From: Fimbriosthenelais zetlandica | Taxonomy: Eukaryota | DNA: 64,000 bases | Direction of reading: 5' to 3' | Assembly (NCBI GenBank): GCA_977030845.1 | Contig: OZ365110.1 | Span: forward strand, 53,816,001-53,880,000 | In this document: one piece after another, positions 1 through 13,770 of the stretch | How the letters are laid out: every line of letters starts with the position of its first letter | Numbering within the stretch: the first letter of the stretch is position 1 | Made by a program: the position numbers and the translations under genes | The notes under the pieces: generated by a model | What the model saw: the letters and a program-made list of their open reading frames with translations, nothing else | What the model was told of the DNA's origin: nothing | Database searches by the model: none

Positions 1-3000
1 TGTCCGAGTGGATTCCCCGTGCAAGGTTATTAAAGTTTCATTGGTAACTAAGTTAGTCATATTAATGTGCAACATACTTATGGAAAATGGTGAAGGACAT
101 TTGCTTAACTTCTCAGAAAATATAGCATCTAATGTGTATGCTTTGTCCGGTGGAGGCTTGGCCAATTGATTGGACCATTCTAGTCGGAGTCAAGATTGAT
201 TGTTCCTGTCCAATGGCAGTAAGCACTTCTCCCCTTCCTGTAAAATTTCATAGCCGTCAAAGTACACACTAACCATAATAAACAGCTGTATGAGGGGGTT
301 TAATATGTGCAATCCCAGTTACTGGTCATACACCTGCTTCATATGTCTAAGTTCAAGTCAGGACACATACTTTCCGAACATTCAAAAGACAATCGTCACT
401 ACTATAATAAATTTATCATAGAACCTTTAGAATAAATTGCTCTGGGTTTGTTAGAAAGAAGGCAGGCTTCAAGAGATCACAGTTTGAAGCAGTTTTAGTT
501 GGACAACCATTATTTGTCTGATATAATGGTTGTCCAAAAAAGGAAGGGGTTTTCCATATATTTGAAAAGGTTGCCTCAATACTCGAATTCTGCTAGCCCA
601 CGGACAACCACAATTTGACAGCGTGATTGTCTGTATTTTTTGTAGTCCCGGACTTCAAGGATACCGATTTAGGGAGCACTGAAGATAATCGACCCATAAG
701 ATTGCACAACCTATTGAGGTCTACGCAACCTGATAGATGTGGATCTGTAATTTGCGATTTACCAGGTGCCTGTGTATTTTTATTTAACACCGCAGGGTGT
801 GCCTGTGCCCACTTTAGCCCACATCTTTATACACTTAGCGCCCTCTCTAAGCAATCCCTGATTGTTTATTTCATCTGCAACTCTGACTCTTAGTTCTCTC
901 TTCAGTTCAAAAATTCAGTTTAACTTCACATGGCCTAAGATTGAGTAACTTTCTTAGCGTCTTGAAGTTTTGAAGTGAGTTCCCCTGGCTTTATGAATGA
1001 TTTATTTGGCTCTGTTCAGTTATGTACTTCTTGGTAGGATAATGCACCGACCTTGAATGTCTATTAATAATGAACCTCCCTCCATCATGATATATGTGCG
1101 CATACATATTATATTTTCCACAACATAATATGCATTGTCAATGCCACGATTTGGCTCTGACATAGTCAGATGGTTGACCAACTGCCTTTTATTTATTCCC
1201 TCAAAGAGTGAATTTATTTATGGTAATACTTAAGAATGTAATGTGATCCAGTATTTTATTATGATTTGGTGTAAATTGTTGGTGTACTTATCAAAAGGCA
1301 TAGAATGGCTGAGGATGAGTGAGAGTGGTTGGGGGATGAGGTACAGTTCTGTATCTGCATGATGCACGCAGTCTGTAGTCTGGCGCCATATACATGAATT
1401 GGAATTGCGCCATCATTGCAAACTATACACTCATTAGGGTATTAAATATTCACATACGTACACATAAACTAGCCCCGGTCTCACAATGCCATGAATTATA
1501 AAGTGAACTTATCAGCAGAAGGCTATTAATGTGGAACGCAGAGCAAAGATTTCCGCCCAACTGGATAAAAGCCTGAATAGGTATCTATTGTCATCGTACG
1601 AGGCCTAAAGCACCTCACTCATAGGCCAACAGATTTTGACAGATGTCTCCCATTCCATCTGTCAGTTTGGCAACAGACCAAACGCAATAACAAATGCAGA
1701 GTTTGCAGGTGTTATTAAAAGTAAGGCAATTGGGTCCATATCTGACGATTTCCAGAGCTCGATGATTAATTTTATTAGGTGGACTGATCTTTAAAAATAA
1801 AATGTCTCTATGTCATGTGAGGTTGAATTGCTTGCTTCTGATTTGAGAGAACTAGCAACATGAGAGCACTCTCATCTGATGAACATTTTTATTCCGAGAA
1901 ATTCTAAATTGTATTTTTACCTCCACCCTCCCACGCATTGGCCTGTCACTTCATCAACCCATATCGTTATGAATATATTCTTCTCGTCGCCCATCTCCGT
2001 TCCCTTTGTGGTGAATTATTAAATATCTTCCCAGTATTTCGAAAAAGATCAATTGCATTAAAATACTATAAACCTAACATGCAGTTGAGTCCATCAAGGA
2101 TATTTGAGTACCCATACTTCTTTGAGATCGCAAATTCTAAGTACAGTATAGATTTTCACTAAAACGACCAGGCTTTGGACTAAAATCCTATAGATGATAA
2201 TTGTGCTTTTAATAGTGTTTTTGTATTGTGGTGCCAAAAATTTGATTCAGACTATTTAGTGGTTACATAGTGAAATGCTCACTCTATTGAGATGGTCTTA
2301 CATGATAATTAATAGACACAGTTAATTCCAGTTACATTGCCTGACTTGCTTGCGTAGTATCATCTCTTAGATGCATTATCCTTGAGTTGAACATGAAGAA
2401 AACCCGTATGACAATGTAAACAAACGAAACAAAATGGCCGGGGTGACGTTATGCTGTCCTTTGAGGCGTCTCGCGGAGGTGAAGGAGAGGAGTGGCCATG
2501 CTGATTTCCTCGTTCTAAAGTAGCCAGCTTTTTATGCTGACCTTTACTTTGCCACTTTGGGAAAAGCCAATGAGAAGTCTGGCCATTCAATTAATTAATA
2601 CAGAGTGGAAAGGTGTTTTCGCTCCATCTAAATGGCATCTAAATGATATCTTTAGTCCGTCCGTGCATGTAATGGTCCCTTGATGAGCCAGTCCACCCCC
2701 TAGCTGCACGTGCTCAAAATTAACCTTCTCCATTCATTCATATCAATCTCAGTTGATTTTGGAGAAGGGAAATCTTTGTTGTTTTTTTTGTGAGAGACCC
2801 ACGGATTGAGTGGTCCATCTTGAGCCTTGAGGCTGGACGTGACAGTCACAATGTTATTTTCCTGCCGGTTATTTTCAGTTTCATTGAGGTTTACGAGTCA
2901 AAGATGGAGGAGGAAGCAATTAAAGATTAAATGTTGTAAAATTCCCTCACCATCATGTGAACTTTATTGATGATTGCTGCCTCCAGGCCTCTAGGCTTCA

Positions 3001-3035
3001 GTAGGCTACAAATCATCCAGCTAATATTGGACATG

Positions 3036-3290
3036 TACAGTGCAGTCTCACTAATGCGACCACCCTTGGGTGTGACGTTATTGTGAGTGTAGCGGTGAAT
3101 TTAGTGCGTATATTTTAATGGAGTTTAAAACATTTGGTGTTCACCATTCAATTATAGTCTCAAAGCCAGATGGTCGCTTTAGTGAGTTACTTTGGTGAGT
3201 CGTCCTAGTGTTAAAATATTGTGTCTGACGATTTAGTAATCACAGTCATAAGATGGTCACTTTAGTGAGGTGATCACAATCCGTCGTATT
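3036..3290 (+). mobile_element. Tc1/mariner/pogo-like MITE, 3' end unclear
   Basis: Terminus TAcagtgcagtctcactaatgcgac is the exact reverse complement of 20601-20625. The internal gatggtcRctttagtgag motif recurs at about 17770, 21217, 32310 and (reverse) 55945. Confidence 0.7.
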
Positions 3291-4231
3291 AAGTAATTGC
3301 AAGGCCAGCCCATCCCATATTAGATAGATAATGATGGTAAGTGCTGCAGGCTGTGTAGGTAATAGTTGACTCTATATTGAAAGCTGTAGCTGTAAATGTA
3401 ACAAAGCCAGTGTTACTGCCGTGTGGGCTGATGTGTGTCAACAACTGGCCTTGACAGTGATGGCAGACATGACTAATACCCCGGCCCCACTATAAACCGA
3501 TAACCCAACAACCAATGGTGGATCCACGATTTGGGGTTAGCGGAATTAAGTGTGTGGGCACCCACAATTTAGCAAACAATCTATGAAACTATTTCTACGG
3601 GAACCACCTTTGGAGTAGGTCACAAGTATTTCCGAAAAACATTCCTGCACTGAGAGTGAGAGGCAAAATGTGATTCTCACCGTGAGAATTGGAGAGAAAT
3701 TGAAAAATAAGGAGAAAAATTGACGGTTTTTCCATCGTCATCATGGAACATCAGGTGACGGCAGTCTCCATTTAGTAGCTGAGTTCCCCGCTCCAACTAT
3801 TGTACAAATTTGAATATGATCATTTTGGCAATCTGACTTAATATAGCTTGTTGCTACAAACTTACATACATTGAATTATGACAAACAGTTGACAATCATT
3901 TTTCTGCTATGTAGGATGATTTCAAACGCCTCACGATTGGAACCATCAGCAAATATCACACTCAGCTTAATGGGCTCCTGAAAACCCACCGGGACAGCAA
4001 TAATAATGCGTTCTAAAATATTGCGCATAGCATGGCTGCCCAAGCACTATAATATTAGCCCACAGAGCAAGTTGACAGTCTAACTGTTGACTCTGTCCAC
4101 ATATACTAAGGTCCTCCGCCTATACCACCCACACAGATCTAGCCTGCCCGGCCAGATGACCATGCACTGTCCCGAGGTTCAATGAGGCCAAGTTATCACA
4201 CTCTCTTCTCTCATCAAGGCTCTCATGCTCT

Positions 4232-4411
4232 GGGCTCTGGCGCAGGTGGTAAGAGTTTGACTTGAATATAGGAGATCCCTAGTTCAATTTGCCAGGCAGT
4301 GATACTAACTGGGATATTAATGGCAAGTCATGTATCCCACTATACAAAAAAGTTGCGGATCAGTGGGTTAGTGTTTAACATGAATACAGGAGGTCCATGG
4401 TTCAATTGCCC
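4232..4411 (+). mobile_element. Two tandem degenerate tRNA-like (Pol III A/B box) heads
   Basis: 4232-4293 and 4354-4411 align with each other (cag.tgg(t)ag.gttt.ac.tgaata.aggag.tcc.t.gttcaatt), each with an A-box-like start and a GTTCAA B-box. Confidence 0.5.
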
Positions 4412-4586
4412 AAGCATTCCCCAAATGTGCCTTCCTCATCCAGTGCTGCTAACTGGGATATAAAATTATTAAATTATGGCCAATCATTTTCAAAATATTA
4501 TGACCAGTCATGTATCCATAGAACCATTGCCGATGTTCGAGAAGTGCAGGCCGTTGTATGCCGATAGTGTCTTTCCATCTCTCGTA

Positions 4587-4743
4587 GAAATGGTGGAGAA
4601 ATTGGTGGAAATGGTGGAGAAATTGGTGGAATTGGTGGAAATGGTGGAGAAATTGGTGGAAATGGTGGAGAAATTGGTGGAAATGGTGGAGATATTGGTG
4701 GAAATGGTGGAGAAATTGATGGAAATGGTGGAGAAATTGGTGG
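4587..4743. repeat. 21-bp minisatellite (gaaatggtggagaaattggtg), about 7 copies
   Basis: Direct inspection. It explains the repetitive ORFs VEMVEKL / HHFHQFL / PPISPPF. Confidence 0.95.
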
Positions 4744-5288
4744 CTGAACGTTAAACAAATAATCAGTCTGTCACGCATTGCGAACCCCTCATCACCCGCT
4801 GGTAATATTGGTGTGAGTATCAGGGGGTTAAATGCTACAGTACATTATTGGTACAAATAGAATTTATCAATCAATACGTTCTGTGTTTGTTTGTGGACGG
4901 CTGGTGTAGGTGTAATGGATGTGGGTGGGGAATACATGCTGGTGATCGCTGTCATGGTCGCAGACATCAGTCTTATTTGTTAACAGCTTAATTTACCTTT
5001 GAAGTCCACTCGTTGCTGGATTAGTCTGGGTTTAATTTGAAGCTTAGAGGGGATTATCCCTGGTTTAGAGAGAGATACACATTGATGGGTGATGGATACT
5101 TCATCATCGGGATATTTCCACCTTTTTTCTCTCTGTTTTTATGTAACTTATTGATTTTGGGCTAGGAAATCATTTAGGGACTTTTTATGTCAAATTTGCA
5201 AGTCACCTTTTATTTCTCGTCGATGTCGCAAGTGACCCGTCATTTTCCACTCTGTCTGCAAGTTGCTCTTAACCCAGCTGACTCTAAT

Positions 5289-5540
5289 GCTGCGATCTTC
5301 CTTGCAACACTACTGCGACAAAGGTGGTACTGGTATCCCCCCACAAATAGGTGGCAGGGGAAAAAATCCTTCCAATGTATGATCACCAGGGTCTTGCGAT
5401 TGCATGCAATTGAACCTTGACATCTGCGATTTGATCGCATCAATATTAAAACATAATTTGTGTGCAATCACATGCGATCATTTGCGATTGCCAAATGATT
5501 TCGTCATGCTTGCGACATAGTGGATAACCTCTATAAGGCA
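5289..5540. mobile_element. Composite GCGA/TCGC-rich repeat related to the fold-back family
   Basis: The 5' part matches gctgcgat...acactactgcgacaaaggt. The 3' part (gcgatttgatcgcatcaatatt) is the reverse complement of segments at about 25720-25830 and 59300-59400, and shares the end gtgga..acctcta(ta)taaggcatg with 59430-59460. Confidence 0.6.
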
Positions 5541-7039
5541 TGAGCCAGTACCAATTCTCGGGACCATATGGCAGTCTTGTGTCGAATATGTTGAAATTTA
5601 TCTATATATACCATTGTATGCTTTTTTTTGAATTTGTAATGACATAATGACATAATACTTATTCTGAGTGGAATATCCATTGGACGTTTTTTTTAACAAT
5701 CCATTGGTCTTGTTCCTTTATGATAAAATAATTGCCGCATGTGAATTAATAAATCTTTCTTTTCATCGCTATATCTACTATTCCTTAATTGAAACCATCA
5801 TGGCATTACCTAGCGGTATTTTTTTTTCCATTTTCATTTTTATACAATAGAGCATATGTAGCCTGCCTAACATATCGTGTCAGGGTCTTCCATGATCATT
5901 TCTCGTTCAAAAACTATTATTCCATTGGTGGAAGTGCCTTGGAGGTTTTTTTACGGGTTATGATTGATTTGCATGTGGTTAAGGTATTAGGCTATCTGAG
6001 ATAGTGAATCCATAACAGCGTATAATGGCTTTGAAGTAGGATCCTGTCATTTATTGACGAATCGTCGTCTACCACGCACATATCCCTTCAAGAGTTACTT
6101 CGATTTTTTTTCACTTTTAAAACATTGTGATATTCCTCCATAGTTGGACGTCTTGAATGACAGTGGGATTAATCTTATATTTCCAGCATCTTAAAACAGC
6201 ATTTTAGTATACATTCTTGGAGGTGAACTGATTCTGGTTGTATAGTGTATGGCATTGTTGCTTTGGGATTTGTTATTGATGTTAAAACTTTTGGCTATAA
6301 ACATATAGTGTTCATGCAGGGAAGTGTGCTTTACTGAGTGTTTCACTCGAGTTGAAGATTTTGAGTTCTGAGCTTTGAGTGATTGTATTATGAGGTGGTA
6401 GCTTTCGGGAAGTGGTCAATTTAGGGGGATGGTCGTTTTATTGAGTTCAGTCAGATTCCACTGTACATCCACATAAAATTTCAATGATCCCTGCAATTAA
6501 ATAATCAATTTATAATTTAATTATGAATGATTTCCGATAATTGGTATTGACATTTCAGGTTGTTGAACCCAAATTTTAAGATTTAATTTCTGAATACATT
6601 AATTTTTTTTCCTGAATACATTTTGCATGGATTTTATGAGTGTACTCACCAGTGAAAACTGACTATTTTCCAGAGCTGTGAAACTTTTAATTGGATTATT
6701 TTACTTGGCAGTCACTGTCGAGGATGGTTCTGAATCTGTGGTTGGATGGGTCAGTGAATTTAATATTCCAAAACTATTAATGAATTATCTTTTGTGACAT
6801 TGAAATCCAACGGGAAGAAGTAGGAAACTTTTTCTTTGAAAAATCAAACATTAATGTTAAATGAAATATTGATCATTTATTTTACGTGCAACAGTTCCTG
6901 TTTTCGAACTGGGTGGCACCAATAGAAATCGATGAGCATTTTATTTCTCTCTGATCTTTCAGCTCTTCCTATTCTAAAATCTGGAATAACTTTACCTTCC
7001 TTGAATTTCTAAAGGGAATAAAGCGAATCTCTGACACGA

Positions 7040-7150
7040 CCACCTCTCTATCCGACCATTAAATGGTCAGAACCAAATGTTTTAACACTACTGACTATAA
7101 CGATATGTGTGACCGTGAACTAAATGGTCAGGACCTAGTATTTTTTAACT
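7040..7150 (+). mobile_element. Dispersed repeat (ctatccgaccattaaatggtcagaaccaaa family)
   Basis: Related copies at about 41665-41720, 42700-42780 and 55875-55910. Confidence 0.55.
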
Positions 7151-7669
7151 TCACTGCCATTCTTGAAGGCTCGGTGATCCTATATTTACCCACGTAGCAA
7201 TACTATAAATTATGTTGAGTATGAAGAAGGAAATAAAAGGAAAGGAAAAAAGACATTCACCTTACTATTCGGCTGCGATTAATTTTGTCGCGTTAGCGAG
7301 ACTTCACTGTATAAACAAACTGTACCTACAAGGTCCATTATCAGATGATAAGGAAAATCAATGATAAAATTGAGCACATGTAATATATGCCTCCTGGACA
7401 GAACACCCAAGCGTCCAGCAGTAGAGCGAGGGCATGTAATGTCATAATAAAAGCCTATATAAGGCTTGGCAGAGGCAGAATAAAGCTGCTTTACACAGGT
7501 ACATAAGTGAAAGAAGACCCTTTCAACAGAGTCCTCTCCTCTCGCCAGGCTCATCAGCCGCCATTTTGTACCGGGGCGTTTGATGAGGACAGATTGATGA
7601 AAGGCAGTAGCCTCGCCCCTACAGCTACTTGAGACCGTGCACACCTGATCTAAATGTACCCACCTAACC

Positions 7670-7824
7670 NNNNNNNNNNNNNNNNNNNNNNNNNNNNNNN
7701 NNNNNNNNNNNNNNNNNNNNNNNNNNNNNNNNNNNNNNNNNNNNNNNNNNNNNNNNNNNNNNNNNNNNNNNNNNNNNNNNNNNNNNNNNNNNNNNNNNNN
7801 NNNNNNNNNNNNNNNNNNNNNNNN
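7670..7824. other. Assembly gap (155 N)
   Basis: Run of N next to a CT-rich repeat. Confidence 0.99.
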
Positions 7825-8330
7825 CTCTCTCCTCTCTCTGGCTCCCTCCCTGACTCCCTCTCTCCTCTTTTCTCCTCTTGTCTCCTCTTCCTCTCTCTCT
7901 ATCCCTCCCTCTCTCCCTTGTTTCCTCTCTCCTCTCTCTCTCTCTTGTCTCCTCTCTTCCTATCTCTCTCTCTCTCTCGCTCTCCTCTCTCTGGCTCCCT
8001 CCCTGACTCCCTCTCTCCTCTCTCTCTTGTCTCCTCTTCCTCTCTCTCTGACTCTCCTCTCTATCCCTCCCTCTCTCCCTTGTTTCCTCTCTACCTCTTC
8101 TCTCTCTCTCCCCCCGACTCCCTCTCTATCCCTCACTCTCCCTCCCTCTCTCTCCCCCACTCCCCTCGCTCCCTCTCTATCCATCACTCTCCCTCCCTCT
8201 CTCTCCCCCACTCCCCTCGCTCCCTCTGCTATCTTTCAGTCCATGTTCTCTCTATTTTCTCTACCTTCTCTCATTGTGTCATCTCTCTCTCTCCCTGCCT
8301 CCAGTCTGCCTCGACATCTTCTCTCTTCAT
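7825..8330. repeat. CT-rich low-complexity tract with an internal ~153-bp duplicated unit
   Basis: cctctctctggctccctccctgactccctctctcctc occurs at 7831 and 7984; the tract is nearly all pyrimidine on the + strand. Confidence 0.9.
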
Positions 8331-9955
8331 CTAATGTGTTTCTCAGTGCTCTCCATTCAAGCACTGTATTCTCCATTTCCTCATCATCTCCTAATATTGA
8401 CATTCATGTTGATCAAAGGGAGGTACGAGGCGGACAAGTTGAAGAGTACAACTGATGAAAGATATATACTTAACATAGCCGGCTTTTCAAACGATGGTGC
8501 AGCCTGGGGCTTAATTCCAAAGATGGCCGCTAAAATGGGAGAAAATGGAAAGTCTTTTACATTAAATTAGTAAATATTCAGCTTTACCAATCATGTTGCA
8601 TATCAAATCGAAGCATTCTTTAAGGCAAATTGAAATCCACTAATTTTGATTCACAAAGGGTGGTCGCATTATAGATAATCCACTGTATTTTGATCATGGG
8701 TTTGTCTCAGAAAAGATGAGATCTAATGATTGTCCTGAGGGAACAATAAAATCCTTGTCCTCTTGACCGATTTCTCATGAACTGAACGTAGTAGTAGATT
8801 ACTAGCCTGATACAGATAGGTTACTATAGGTTTTATATATAGCTGCGGGCTTTAATACAATGAGTAAGGTCACTACATCATATTTTAATCCCCTCAGGCA
8901 AATTTAATCTAAGATAATGAAAAGGACATGTATATGGCTCATAAGTTAAGGCTAAACGGTATGGATTTAAGGATCCTTGGATTGTGCCTCCACTATTTGG
9001 GGAGCTCCATTGGATTATTTGCCGCAAATATATAACTGCACTAGCAGGAGCTTGCTATTCGTGAGGGGTGCCTATGAGACAGTTGAGGAGGACATAGAAA
9101 TGTCTGCCACAACTGGGTTAGAAAGAAAATCACACTCCCAAGGCCCCCAAAAAAACCTGACGCGATAAGGAAATAATGGTAGTGATAGAGGCTATGATAT
9201 TAAATTGTTAAATATTGTGAAATTATGTTTGAATGTGGCTAGCCAGGCCAGGTTCAAAATGCCAGCCATGTCTTCCACTCTCTATATGGTTAGAGGCATG
9301 TGAACGGAACATAACCGGTCATTGTGTGCCAACCACCAGTCCTCAGACAGCCACTGTCTATGATGAGAGGCATGTATAAATGAATAATTGAGCAGTCCAT
9401 TGTGTGTGCTTGCAGCGTGTTTCCAACTTGTCCTGCAATAGCCGTACATAACTACTTGGACGTAAAATATTCACGTTAAAATTACTGCCCCAGAATCATC
9501 GTATTTTATCAAGGTGTACAAATATTTTGGTGATGACGGTTTGGTATGTTTTTGTGTTTTTGTATAATCTAGATCCAGTTGTGCTGGACCTGACCTATAA
9601 TAGACACCTGTATTACCACATCTGTGAAGTATGCTGGTCGGGTCTAACCATTCAAACCACAAATCCATCATTGTGGTGGTTTTAAATCATTCACGGAACA
9701 TGCACTGATTTACTATTGACATGTTCTTTGATTGAAATTTAAGGATTTGACCAAAACATTTTGGATTTGTAAGATATAGCGAAGACATATTATGATAAAG
9801 AATAGTATGATTTAGTAACTCCTTTGCGTATTATGACATACTAGTCTCGTTTAATATTGAAAATAGAAAAAAAATAGCTCATTTTGATATAAGGGAGTCG
9901 ACTTGTTCACAAGCGAGTATGATCCATGGTATGCCTAATCATAAAAGGATTGGCA

Positions 9956-10133
9956 GTTCAATCCCCCGAGCAGTCCAATGCATTTCCCCTGCTTATCCCC
10001 TCAGGGTGTTTGGGGTGTACATGCGTTCCAAAACACCTGCACTTCAGAATCTGCTGTACAGAAGGCAGCATAGACATGCACTTATATAGAAGAGCCCCCG
10101 GTGAAAATCACACAAAACGCCTGGTGAAACGAG
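9956..10133 (+). mobile_element. 5'-truncated copy of the same SINE
   Basis: gttcaatcccccgagc...ctcagggtgtttggggtgtacatg...acagaaggcagc...gagcccccggtgaaaatcac. Confidence 0.75.
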
Positions 10134-10282
10134 GTGTGTGAGCTGGCCTGCATGCCCTGGTGTGCCATGGATCTATACATTATTCTGTCACTAAGTATTA
10201 CTTGATGCTTACCTCACATCTTCATGAAGGTCCTGTGTATATATGCACCCCACAGTGACCATACAGTAATGTTGGGTCCCCA

Positions 10283-10385
10283 CTAAAGGCGGGATTCCAC
10301 TGCTGCCATTTTCATTGTGACACTACTGCGACTAAGCTGTTGCTTGTGTCGCAACGAAAAAGGTATCATTGGAAAACGGCCTTAA
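10283..10385. mobile_element. Single ~100-bp monomer of the TTAA fold-back family
   Basis: taaaggcgggattccactgctgccatttt...gacactactgcgac...gcttgtgtcgca...cattggaaaacggccttaa. Confidence 0.75.
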
Positions 10386-12048
10386 AGCCTTGAGGATGTA
10401 TTTGGACTGCATTTTGCTCGCCAGATTCTGTTTGGTCATAATTACTCAGTCATTGCGCGTGCTCGCGGGATTATGCGACGCCCCGAATATCGCTGCTGTC
10501 TGAAGATAATTTTCAGCATGTCAGTACATTTCCTCAGTGGAATCCAGGCATAAGAATCAACATGCAGGCCCGATATTATGTTTTTCTGAAACATTGTTAT
10601 GTCAGATTTGAGGTTTTCCACGTACGTTTGGTAGATTTTGTGGAGGTGTGAGGCAGTCTGTAGCACAGTTACTGTATATCTGGCCTTTCTTCATGTACAG
10701 CATTATTTACTACACCTCCAGGGCACCAACTAAGCTTTTATATCTTTAACAGACTATCTGGCTCCAAATGATCTTCTGTTTTACATTTGTCCCATCCTTT
10801 TTAGATTCAAGCTGATTTTTTTTCTTCTGATTTGGTCTCTTTTTTATTTGGAAACCAACCACGCCTTCCGTTCCCTTGCGCTGGATCTGGTATTCATGTG
10901 TCCTTTAAAATTCTTTTTATCTGTGTTTTTGTGTCCTTGACTTTGTCTTTCCTCGTCTTTCCCAGGCCAGGGGCATCCCTGGCTATAGCTCCACCTTCCA
11001 TATGAAGGACGAACCTTGTCATTTTTCCAAGTACGAGAACCTACAGATCTCTGCTTATATGTCTTGAGCCTTTTTAGTTAATGAGCCTTTTTAGTGTTGA
11101 ATGTATTAATAATAGTCATATTATGCTTCCATTCATGCGTGGATTTCTTAAATATACATTTTCATTCCGGTTTCCGTCATTTTGTGGCTCTACTACCCTA
11201 CATGTACTTTCATTTGTGAATAGTTATTTGGATGATTGAAGATAGAAAATAAATCTCCGTCTCAACTAATGTAGAGACAATGCCTTTAGATATAGTCATA
11301 TGATGCCATTGCCTCAATAGAAGTTTATCGTTATCAGTAGGCATGTAGAGATTCATATTTTGTATTTCTTCAGTTAAATAATACATTGATATAGCTGAGA
11401 TATTCTGGATCTATCTATAGTGGGTGGGAATGCAGGAAGCCAGACTCTGCCCCAGGAGCTCTGTGTCTGTTTCCTGTAAGATGCATCTCCTGACAGGGCT
11501 GCGGAGCAAGGCGGGGGAGGAAGAGAGGGTGGGAAGAGAGGGCATGGATGTAGTCAGAAAGAGAACCCAACCCCTAACTCCTCCTGGAGCAATCCTATGC
11601 AAACTCCACTTAAGAAACATCTTGTTTTATTATACGAGGCCATAGAACATGTTTATTTGAATTCCAGTATACTAGAGTAGTTACTCTGTTGAAACTGCTG
11701 AAAGCATTTTCAGAGTTGTCCGAGTTGTGCTTGAGTATACCACATATATATAATAATCTCATCATTTATTTTTAAAGTATAACCATTGCAGATATACCTT
11801 ATAAGCATATAATGAAACCTGGACTCGAACGACTATCTGTACAATGGATTGAAAGCATTATTTTGAAGCATGAGAATAATTTAACGTTCTGTTTATAGCA
11901 GTTTCACATGAAGGATATTAAAATAAAGTATTAAAGATTTGAACTTTATACCCAGAATTATCATGTAGAAAGTGGAGTGTGGACCCCGTCCACTTTTCTA
12001 AATATTGGCCCCATTAACACCTCCAGCCCCATTTCCAAAATCCTGGCT

Positions 12049-12380
12049 CTGCCCCTGTTTCAGTGTATATCTGCCCCTGTTTCAGTGTATATCTGCCTCT
12101 GTTTCAGTGTATATCTGCCTCTGTTTCAGTGTATATCTGCCCCTGTTTCAGTGTATATCTGCCCCTGTTTCAGTTTATATCTGCCCCTGTTTCAGTGTAT
12201 ATCTGCCCCTGTTTCAGTGTATATCTGCCCCTGTTTCAGTGTATATCTGCCCCTGTTTCAGTGTATATCTGCCCCTGTTTCAGTGTATATCTGCCCCTGT
12301 TTCAGTGTATATCTGCCCCTGTTTCAGTGTATATCTGCCCCTGTTTCAGTGTATATCTGCCCCTGTTTCAGTGTATATCT
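12049..12380. repeat. 22-bp minisatellite (ctgcccctgtttcagtgtatat), about 15 near-identical copies
   Basis: 332 bp at 22-bp period with only a few substitutions; all three + frames are open and repetitive. Confidence 0.97.
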
Positions 12381-13600
12381 GGTGCTTCAATATTCTTCCT
12401 ATACTGGATCTCTATATTATGGCCCTGTCATTGAAATGACCACCACCCTGGACTCTCTCTCTACTATGAGAACAAAAACCAGCAGGAGAATTGTATGTGT
12501 TTTAGTATCGTTTTGATAAGAGATGGCTCTCTAGTCTCCAGCATTGTGACCCATCTATTGTCTCCTCCCCCTCCTATATCTCCTCTCTCTCCAATATCTA
12601 CTGTTTTCGCTCCATCACGAACTCTTTTACATCAACATCCTTCTTGCCCCTCCCTTCATCATCCTCCTCCCCCGCCTCCTCTAGCTTTCCTGTATCTAAA
12701 ATAAAATCATCTGAATAAACAAAAACACAGACAGCTTTGGGCTGGTGTACAACAGTTGGTATAATCTAATCTGAAAACTCTACTGGCTGGTGCTGGTAAC
12801 AGAAAAAAAAATCCAGCCTGATAAAGAGTGCAATGGTGGTTGTATAGGCCAGCGGACTGCCTGGGTGTAGCATCCCAAATGGTGGTCTATGGACAGAGAA
12901 CGTGTAATTGGCGAGGGTAAAGAGACCGTGCATTGCATCAAATTAAATGTTCACGCTATATGGGATTGGTCAACAAACAAACGCTACCGCCATAATGTCA
13001 TGGCCACCAGAGGATGTATGGCATACCTTATTGGTGCCTCCCTGTTGCTCCCCTCTCTCTCTCACTCTCATTCTCTCTCTACTCTCTACTTTTATCTCTC
13101 TCTGTAAGCTTCTCTCATGTTCCTCGTCGCACTCTCTTTGTCTCTGTCTCCCTCTTGCTCTCCTCTGCATAGTCTCTCACTTCCTCTGTCCTCTCTCATT
13201 TCGTCATTCCCTCTCCCCCCTGCCCCTATCTCTCCCCCACTCTCTCAGTCTCTCAATATATATATGTATGCCTTCAATAGAGGAGTGAAAGTGAAGCAGA
13301 GGTGCATCTCAGTCTGCAGCTGATGGTGCTGTATCGCTCAGAGAGAGCTCTAGGCAGGCCAAGCATCTACGGATCTCTACTGGAAAATCAGGCCATTTTT
13401 GTACACTTTTTATGGCTTATTTGGCTGTATTTCTCTTGGCAGCTATTCAATAAGCGGTATGGGATGACTGGATACTATGTGGTATGGATGATTTTGGATC
13501 GGTATGAAAGGCCTGTCTGCCATAGAGCATTTTTTTGACTGATCAAACTAGATACTCTGTTGGGGGTTTGTTAAAAAAAGCTACCCTGATTATATTAATA

Positions 13601-13770
13601 TTAAAGTGGCTCTATCTCCAATGCTTTCCTGGTAGATTCATTATGGCAGACCTCGCATTGTGATTGAATAAAACCTGATTTTCTCAGCCAATGCCCAATC
13701 AGGAATCTGGGTCAAGCATGTATCTAGGTCAAACTGGTAGTAATGTCGCATTACTTGAGCTTAAGTTGTC
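13601..13770 (+). mobile_element. Kolobok-like family copy, 3' end degraded
   Basis: Starts ttaaagtggctctat; core cagccaatgccc...ctaggtcaaactg. Confidence 0.55.

Noticed and set aside
100-1100. Coding-like minus-strand stretch with interrupted frames
   Set aside because: Multiple stops and no recognisable motif; at most an unidentifiable decayed element.
4449-4778. His-rich, VEMVEKL and Pro-rich ORFs
   Set aside because: These are translations of the 21-bp minisatellite in several frames on both strands, with no splice or homology support.
7654-8455. Ser/Leu/Pro-rich and Arg/Glu-rich ORFs
   Set aside because: Artefacts of the CT low-complexity tract and the N gap.
11977-12516. Three overlapping Cys-rich repetitive ORFs; possible CRISPR-like array
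   Set aside because: A contiguous 22-bp tandem repeat with no spacers, no cas genes and a eukaryotic context.
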